The notes under the pieces are model-generated. The model was given only the letters and a program-made list of their open reading frames with translations, was not told the DNA's origin and did no database searches. This document shows, in pieces, positions 1-9,203 of a stretch of 64,000 nucleotides of DNA; the stretch's first letter is position 1, and each line of letters starts with the position of its first letter. Where the stretch lies: the NCBI GenBank assembly GCA_012295275.1, contig CM022665.1, forward strand, positions 23,932,001 through 23,996,000, written 5' to 3'. The translations under genes and the position numbers were made by a program. Source of the DNA: Chrysomallon squamiferum (taxonomy: Eukaryota > Animalia > Mollusca).

Positions 1-251
1 TCAATCAAGCTGAATTTGAAATGGTTCCAAATTCATGACTTTTCGAATGGGTTAAACTTTGATTCCAAAACAGTACTGTTTATTCATTTTCACCATTTTC
101 ACCATTTTAAAAAAAAAAATTTTTTTTGCACACACGCACACTCATACGCACAGAAAAAGTACGCATTTACACATGGATAAATCCACATTTTTTTTTTCTT
201 TTGTTATTAGATCAAAATGAATTAAAAATTATTATATTATTTTATTTCCAG

Positions 252-287
252 ATTATTCGATAAAGGAATATATATCTTTACCAAAAA
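252..287 (+). CDS. Gene A 36-nt micro-exon (LFDKGIYIFTK)
   Basis: ttccag|...aaaaa|gtaagt, phase 2-2. Encodes the HHAT 'FD.G' motif. Same length as gene B exon 6707-6742. Confidence 0.85.
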
Positions 288-1393
288 GTAAGTCGGCCAT
301 TTCTAATTCGTCTCTTGTTTTATAATAATTAATTTCTATCTTTGATTGTTTAATAAAGAGTCTTGCATGACATTTTGCTGTCACACAATAATATTCAGAA
401 TATTATATGTCTTTTTTGTTTCTTCTTTTTTTTTTGGAGATATTTGTTTTTACTTTTATTAATTTATTTATTCATATTTTAAATACATGCACATATATAT
501 ATACTTAGGTTGAAATACGTTAAAACAAAATTCTTTCATACATTTCTCTCTCTCTCTCTTTATCTCTGTTTGCCAGACTGTTCTTCTGTCTATCTACATA
601 TACAGCTTTCTGTTTTCCAAATTAAATTTCTTATTGACCTTTATTGATTTTTGGTTCACGAATTGTAATATTTCATACTTCCAGATATATCTATATTCCT
701 ATTGGGGGCTCCAAGGCTGGTATTTTTCGAAAACTGTTTGCGTCGTTAATTTGCTTTATGTTCTTTAATATGTATCACGGCCTAGATTTGTACATGTTTA
801 TTTGGTGTCTTCTAAACTTTGTGGAATTAGTGATAGAAGAATTTGCTTCTTTGATAGAACAAACGAAAACTGTTCAGGAATTTGAGGTAAGAATAAATAT
901 TTTTTTTCTTTTTTTTTTTAGAAATATATGCAGATACCGAGCCATTTATCCGGAAAATCCAGAAAATCGGTTTTTTTAAAATGGCTACTGTTGAATTAGG
1001 TGCGCTTTGTTTTAGTTTCCCTGACGTCAGTTCAAACGAGGATGTTGCTGTATATTATCTAATTCAGTTTACTTTCATTTTCATTTATTACCATTTATAA
1101 AAGAATTAAATATAACACCACGTACTAGTGAAAGGAGTATTCTATATAGGTATTTTATGACTTTTAAATAATTTAATAAAGATAAAACAGACGCTACTTT
1201 AAAACTGTTTGAAATTGTATCTGTTAAATACAATTTCATTCTTCTTTTTTTTCAAGCTTACCGGATAAAAGGTTCCGTACCTGTATATGCAGTGTTTCTT
1301 TGTATTATATTGTTCAAGAAATTTCGACATTATTATAATTATTATCATGAACATCACGAACATCATCATCATCATCATCGATGTTGTTGTTGC

Positions 1394-1428
<35 letters not shown>

Positions 1429-3054
1429 TATTTTTTTATATTTAATTTATTAATGAAAATCATTATTATCACTATTGTTATGTGTGGCCAATAACGCACT
1501 ATTGTTATTTATTAATTTGTTTATTTATCCAACCTAATTGGATGTTGAATTTATTTGTACACGTTATTTCACTGATACAGCAATTCTGAATGTAGCCACG
1601 GTGTCAACGTCGTTACTTTAATGTCAACAGTTGAAACGGACGTGTACATCTACCACAATGGTGAGAGAGGCTGTATAATATGTGTGTGCACCAGCGGCAT
1701 TGATGACAGCAGTACATCGTCGTTTCATGGTCTGTTTTACCTCCACCATGAATGCCAGCCCACACCATGATGCTGCCACCGCCATATCGGTCATGCTGAA
1801 TGACGTTGTCTGCATCATACCGTTCTCCCCGTCGCCTCCATACATGATGCTTACCATCCGCAAACTGAACACAAAACCTGGATTCGTCTGTGAATAATGT
1901 CTAATCCCATTGTTTAAGTCGTCAGTGTTGATGTATTCTGGCCCAACTCAGACGTTCTTGAATGTGACGCGCTGTCAGGGGAACAGCTACAACAGGGCGA
2001 CGTGCTTGTAAACCAGCAGCATGAAGACGGTTACGGACAGTTTGAGCATCAATTCTAGGGCTAAACGTGGAGCACGTTCGAACCTGTGACGTCGAGATAA
2101 GATCACGTACAGTACGCATAGCGGCGTGCGATATGACAGATGGTGTTCTTTTCATTACCCAAAGCGACAGGGAACATGCAGCTAACGGAGTTTCATCATT
2201 TTATTTTAATTTATTTGGAAGCAACAGTCTTTTACAAAAACTTGCTAAACGTTTTTTGATTAATTTACACAATCACTATGATCATAATCATATTTAAATG
2301 TACCTTTGTTGTACAACTTGTAACAGACTACACCACATACCTCGGCAGTTGGGTAGTTTTCTTTCGTGAAGTATCTGGACAGTAAATTCTAGAATATCTA
2401 CATTTTTGTTTTCTTTCAGGCAAAGTACCTGTCGCCTCGGTGGACAAGACGAATACGTGGTATTCTCGCAGTACCGCTGTTCTACATCTCTATTTACGCC
2501 ATATTCTTTTTCTTTGGCGGAAAGGTGATTGGCATCATATACCTTACCAGAAATTTTCTAAATGGTACGTTTTTGCTTTTTGAATAATTATTTAGAATTT
2601 CTTTCTTATATATATTTTGTTGTTGTTGTTAAAATCTGTCCAGATTTTCCTTATTATATCAATGCTAATCAAACTAAAGAGAATTTAATAATAATGTACT
2701 AATGCACGTTGTTTAAACTTAAAACATGTCTGAAACGTTTTACGTGTATGTATGTGTATGTATGATTTTTATCTGTACGCATACGTGTATGTTTGTTTCT
2801 TTGTATGTGTGAGCTTGTATATACGTAGGTCGTATGTATTTTAACCCTGCATCCTTACAGTCAAAAAGAATACTGAGTTTATTTTGTATTTGTTTGTGTG
2901 TGTGTTTGGTTGGTCGGTTAGTTGGTTGATTTATTTTATTTTATTTTTAGTAACTTTGATGGCATTCCTTACAACGTACATCATAATGTACTGTGGCATT
3001 CAAGTAGCTATGGAGATCGAAGGAAGGCGAGCACAGCACCTGAAGAAAAACTGA
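252..3054 (+). CDS. Gene A: HHAT/Rasp-like MBOAT acyltransferase, 3' part (last 4 coding exons; 5' exons lie upstream of the window)
   Basis: Exons 252-287, 685-886, 2420-2564 and 2951-3054 all have AG/GT boundaries and splice in phase. The spliced product reads LFDKGIYIFTKKYIYIPIGGS...FMFFNMYHGLD...SPRWTRRIRG...IMYCGIQVAMEIEGRRAQHLKKN*. This matches the HHAT motifs FD-G----RY-YIP-GG and the catalytic (W/Y)HG. Confidence 0.9.
685..886 (+). CDS. Gene A exon with YIYIPIGG and catalytic His (MYHG)
   Basis: ttccag|...tttgag|gtaaga, 202 nt. His codon CAC at 776-778. Confidence 0.92.
931..1283. mobile_element. Non-autonomous DNA transposon (MITE) with imperfect ~23-bp TIRs
   Basis: The left end CAGATACCGAGCCATTTATCCGG resembles the reverse complement of the right end, CAGGTACGGAACCTTTTATCCGG. 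TATATG flanks both sides. A related terminus recurs at 48408. Confidence 0.6.
1672..2155 (-). mobile_element. Decayed, internally deleted Tc1/mariner transposase remnant in a gene A intron
   Basis: Minus strand reads TVRNRLHAAGLQARRP..PLTARH..RLSWAR, then across stops LFTDESRFCVQFADGKHHVWRRRGERY..HDRYGGGSIMVWAGI. This is joined near 1730 to the Tc1 C-terminus MKRRCTAVINAAGAHT. Confidence 0.9.
2420..2564 (+). CDS. Gene A penultimate exon
   Basis: tttcag|GCAAAG...AATG|gtacgt, 145 nt. Reads AKYLSPRWTRRIRGILAVPLFYISIYAIFFFFGG, homologous to gene B exon 4734-4875. Confidence 0.88.
2951..3054 (+). CDS. Gene A terminal coding exon
   Basis: ttttag| phase 1, reads TLMAFLTTYIIMYCGIQVAMEIEGRRAQHLKKN then TGA at 3052-3054. 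AATAAA at 3158-3163. Confidence 0.85.
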
Positions 3055-4162
3055 TTTTGAAATACAAAGAAATGTCCTCAAGTGTTCTGAACACAAAATA
3101 CTTTTTTTCGGTGAATTATAGGGGGAACAAAACTAATAATCGCACTAAAAATACAGAAATAAAATATAAATAACGAAATGTATTAAGAAAAATATATCGG
3201 AGAAAGAGAGAGAGAATTAATTAGCGTACACTAATAATTAAATATGGATAATGGAGTTTATTGTTATTTCAAAATACGTATATCAATGACATCATTGGTT
3301 AATCGTTTTTAAAACAGTTTTAATAATGTAAAGATTGAAACAATGACAAAGATATAATCATAACAGAGTGCTTTACCACTTAAACTTAAGCTCGATTTTT
3401 TTTTTATATATATTTTAGATTATTTTATTAGCAAAATGTAAAACGTGATTATATTCACCGAAGATTCAAACGCACTTTAGTTTATCAGAATTTCAGATAC
3501 TCACAACCGTAAGACGTTATGATCGAAAGAATACTCATTCTGTAAAGTTATATAAATATAATTGAGAATCAGATAATTCCTATAACTTGCGAAAGAAAGC
3601 ATTCCCGTAAATAAGGTTTTATAAAAATCAAATCAGAAACTTCGTAGGATCGGGATATGTTTCAAACTTTTTAATTTCATAAATTTGCAGTGAAATATAG
3701 ATAAGCAAAATGAAATGGTAGGTTTAAAAATCATGTTATTGAAGAAAAAAACACAAAAACCCAACAACAAACAAACAACAACATAATATTTTTATTTCAG
3801 TTTTATTTGTCGGCACTTTCAATGTTTTTAAAATGAGCATGGAGAAGAAGAAGAAAAAAAAAACTCAAGAAGGTGTATATATAAATATATAAGCCAATAT
3901 TTCATTCGCTAAAGGAATGTAAATTTACAATGATTAATATTCAGTACGAATAAAAATAAATGTTTAAAGTTTCCACAACCAGCAACTATATAAAATGTGC
4001 AAATACAAATCTGTGTGAGAAAACGAAGAACAGCACAAACCAGTAACTCAAATTATAAAAATCAAATTATAAAAATCTACTACAAAAGCATCCCTATTTC
4101 AGTCCATAGAAAACGTCAATCTCATTTTATTATCTTATAATACTAATACTAGTACCAATATG

Positions 4163-4215
<53 letters not shown>

Positions 4216-4279
4216 TATGATGTTTTTTGAACGTCATCTACATGCACCACCATATTATTATCGCCATAGATGAAATGTT

Positions 4280-4386
4280 TTATTCTGTTTTCGTTTTCGG
4301 AGTTTTGGTTCTTGATTCAATCTGAATGGCTATTTGGAAACAGCAGTAGACGATAAAACACAGTAGAAATGTAGTGTATCTGTCTC
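4280..4386 (-). CDS. Gene B terminal exon
   Basis: tcacag| phase 1, reads DRYTTFLLCFIVYCCFQIAIQIESRTKTPKTKTE then TAA. Confidence 0.85.
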
Positions 4387-6492
4387 CTGTGAAAATAACA
4401 GTAATAATAAAAAAATAATAATAATAAGAAAAAGCAGTAGAAGAAGAAATAATCAAAATTAAAAAAAAAAAAAAAAAGAAAGAAAGAAAAATGACAGCCG
4501 AAATAGAAATTCTTTGAATTTGTATGTTTAATATCTTGCTTTGTTTGTATAAATGTTTTCGTTAGTATGTTCGCTTCTGTGTGTGTACACATTACACGCG
4601 ATACAAAGAAACTGCCCATGTGTAAATAGGTATCTACTAACGAATATGTACGTGTATATGATTTATAACTGTCCGTGCGTATTTGTTAGCTATATATTGC
4701 TACTGTGAGTAGGTGAAACCTCTAACAACATACCATTTCGTACCATCCTTCTTACTATAATGTTTTGTGTCTGAACGCTGGCTGCCACACCGGCACTAGC
4801 AAACCAGCCCAGCAGATAGAGAGGAACATACGACATTACTCGGAGTCGTCTTCTCCATACCGGCGTGAAAGGTTTCTGCAAGACAAACATATCAACACTT
4901 TATTTATTTATTTACTTACTTATTTACTGCATTATTTAAGAAAATACAGTAGAGGATATTGAGGATTTGCAAGAATATTTCCGGTTCCAATCAAACGTTA
5001 TAAAACGCCGTTTTCACCAAACAGAATTTCCAAGAGGAACAAACATTTGAAAAGCTTGAGTCATCAGAGACTAATGTAAAATGGAAAGTCGTCACCGGCT
5101 CCATGCAAATGTATAGGTTAAATGTTCAAGCGGAATGAATCCTATGCTAGCCCAGGAGTTTGGCTATTTATTTATTTATTTATTTATTTACTAGTCCTGT
5201 ATAAACATAATACACATAAATACTGTGACATATATACACACTCACATACATACATACATACATACATACATACATACATACATACATACATACATACATA
5301 CATACATAGATACATACATACATACATACATACATACATACATACATACATACTAGTACATACACATATGTATGCATAAACATAACATTCAACTGACAAA
5401 TAGTATATTTAAATACTCGTACTTGCCTCAAGTTTTTGAAACAGTTTAGTTTGTGCAACTAAACCTACATACTTTTCTAATACTAGTTCAATAACACAGA
5501 ACACAATTAGTTTTATTGCACCTTCGGAGATGCCGAGGTAGTTGCAAATGACCAAGAAGCAGACGAATAATGCTAACACGTGTTTTAAATGACCTTTTCT
5601 TGATCCTCCGAGAGGAATGTAGATGTATCTGTGAATAAAAATAAATAGCCCTGACATGTCAGTTTGTTAAGAGGTTTATTATACAGAATCATTTGGTACA
5701 TGCTTTTTAATACTATCCCGCTTATCAGAAATAATAATCTAAATTACATAAATGGCTTAATAAGTAGAATAAAATAAAATAGTCCCGATAACCCAGTGAA
5801 ATCTGAAACATTCCCTGTAGTGCAACGTGAGGTTATTTAAAAGTAATAATTATGCATTCCGCTGTTAAATTCCCGATATAGATTACATAAAAAAACAACA
5901 ACACATCAATACTGTTATTTGTCACATAATGAACTTGATGCAATGATATACTATTTTTATGAGATATTAGTAAGCTAATATATTCATTAATTTATTCATT
6001 TATTCATTCATCCATCCACTCGCTCATTCACTCACCTACTTACACACCACCCATCAGTTAATTAATTAATTCATTCAACAATGCATCGATCCATCCATCC
6101 ACTCACTCATTCACTCACTTATTCACCACCATTATTTAATTATTTAATTAATTTATTCGTTCATTCATTCATTCATTCATTCATTCATTCATTCATTCTC
6201 ACTTCAATGCTTATCAGAGGTAATTTATTACCTTTCACGCTGATTGTGTAACGAACATCCAAATTTGAATTACTAAAAATAATATGAGGACTACGTGCTG
6301 GAAACATCGTCTCTACGACCTACTCGTATTCTTTTCTAAACAGGATTACAACGAATACTGCTTGGAATAATATACAGAATTACATCTCAATGATTTGACG
6401 ATTTCCTGTCAGTTCAGTTGCATGTTTGTATGTCTTTTGGGGAGTTAACCGTTTATTTGAAGATAATTTGAAAATGTCTTCTTCTTCTTCTT

Positions 6493-6523
<31 letters not shown>

Positions 6524-6869
6524 TTATTATTATTATTAATATTATTAATATTTATTATTATTATTATTATTATTACTGAAAATAGTTTGACTTAATAGAC
6601 ACCTGTGGTGTTACAATTTTCATATTTCATTGGATTATTATTATGTTTTGTTTTTACTATTTATTTATTTATTATTTTGTATATAATTTTTGAAAACTAA
6701 ACTCACCTCTTATTAAATTCATATATTCCTCTGTCAAACGTTCTGAAAATGAAAATAAGAATGATAATTATCTCCGTTACCATCAACAGTAATGATAACA
6801 ACAACAACAGCAATAGCTGGAATAAGAATAATAAAAATATCAAGAGCAAAGACAACAAAAATACTAAAT

Positions 6870-6916
<47 letters not shown>

Positions 6917-7147
6917 TTACTTCTACTACTACTACTCCTATTACCACTGCTACAACTATCAATAACAACAACAACAACAACAACAACAACAATAGCAATA
7001 TAATAATAATGATGATAATAACAACAGCAGCAATAACTGCAATAAAAATAATGAAAGTATCAAGTGCAAAGATTATATTACTATTACTAATACTGCTACT
7101 CCTCCTATTATTACTATTACTACAGCTATCAATACTACTACTACTAT

Positions 7148-7185
<38 letters not shown>

Positions 7186-7624
7186 ATAATAATAATAATA
7201 ATAACTGCAGAGCATATATATTATATTTATTATCAGCTAAAAACACTAAACTGTTACCTCCATATATCTGAAAAGCGATAAATAGGGAAAAGACATCGAG
7301 GTAATGCTGGAGTCTCAACACCATCCAGGTTCGCTAACCACTGGGCGAAGCCGTAGTATACAAGCCTCTTGATCACCATCAGCTGGCCGTGAAAGAATGC
7401 CATGCCCATCATGGTCCATCGAGTGATACGGTAGAACAAGCGCTTATGCTTGGTGAAACCAGTAACGTAAAAATAATGCAGACAAACATCAACGAAAACT
7501 GCCCAGAAAGCAATCCTTAGAAATGCTAAGACGGAGTTGAAGATTCGCTTTTTGGTCCAAGGGGTTTTGGGTTGATTTATCTACGTTAGTAAAGATGATG
7601 AAACATTTACACGTTTATAAATAT

Positions 7625-7683
<59 letters not shown>

Positions 7684-9112
7684 TGCACACTTACAACTAA
7701 AGATGGATAACAGAAACCAGTCCTTTAATTAATACTGATACTATTTGTTTCTATGAAAACGTGCTAATGATAAATTTCAGAATATATTTATAAACTCTAG
7801 AATCACGTTTAAAGCGTAAATAAATTTCGTAATATTATAATACAGTATCGATGAACTAATGATTAATCCTGCTTATTCCTTCGGAACTACTTCTAAATAA
7901 TTAATTTCGCAGTATACGGAAGGATAAAGAAGGCCGTGTATATAGATATATATCTATCTATCAATCTGTCTATCTGTCTATCTATTCATCTATCTGTTTA
8001 TCTATCTGTCTGTCTATCTATGTTTTTACCTGAATTCTGAAGGTGTTGTATGTAACGATGGGTGATAAATGCAGCAGTGGGAAATAAAAAATGTATTGCA
8101 TTAGATCCATAAGAGAGAAATATTCGCATGGTTTGATTTCTTCTTTTGTCGCTGTGTTGCTTGATTCGGATATCTGTTTTGTAGACTGCTCTGTTTCGTT
8201 TTCATTTTCACTGTCTTTCGACGACTCTTTGGTTTCAAAGATACCGATTCACTATTAATCTTCTCCAAGCAAAAGCTGGTACACATCATGGTTAATTTTG
8301 CAAATTCCAGCATGATAAATGAACAAAGAATATTTTTATTGTTATCCGTTATCTGCAAAATTAAACCAATTGTGAAAAACTGGTAACTCCTGATAATTTA
8401 AGAAAAAGCATTTACCATTTTCATAAAAAAATCACTCACATACCACAACTGTTGTCGTCTTCATCATCATCAACATTAACGACAACTGCCACTATATCTA
8501 TTACTACTAATACTTCTCTTCTACTACTTCTACGTCCTATTACTTCTGCTACTGCTACTATTACTACTATGGTCATCATATTACAATCATTACTAATCCT
8601 GTTATTACTATTACTACTATTAAAACTACATTCATCATTACTACTACTACTACTACTACTATAATAATAATTATAATAGTAATAATAATAAAAGAAATAA
8701 AGAAGTCTATTTGAAAGTAAACATAAATAAATAACTAATAAAAAGAAAAGAGAGAAAAATACAAAGCACACAAACAAAATAAGTATTGTATACTAACGAA
8801 AGCACGGATGAATCCATGAGAAGTAACAATTTTCAGAAGAACAATGCACGTTGCCCATACAGTGGCCACATTACCAAAGTAAGTCGTAAAATACATGATA
8901 CACCCCTCAGCCAAAAACAGCACAAGTATTTTGTAGTCAATCATTATAACGATGTATACCATGGTAAATATCATATAACCAATTTTTCTTTGCTGAAAAG
9001 GAAACAAAAGTGTGAATTAAATATGTTAAAATAAACAAAGAAATCCAAAATATTTGTTAAAAGAATCTAAATCTGACATTTTCCCAATCTACTCAACAAC
9101 ATCCTCCCCACT

Positions 9113-9203
<91 letters not shown>

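Noticed and set aside
3055-4279. Possible dsRNA or antisense regulation between the convergent MBOAT 3' ends
   Set aside because: The stops are 1.2 kb apart, with candidate AATAAA signals near each (3158 on +, 4126-4131 on -). Overlap cannot be shown, and the paralogues are too diverged to pair.
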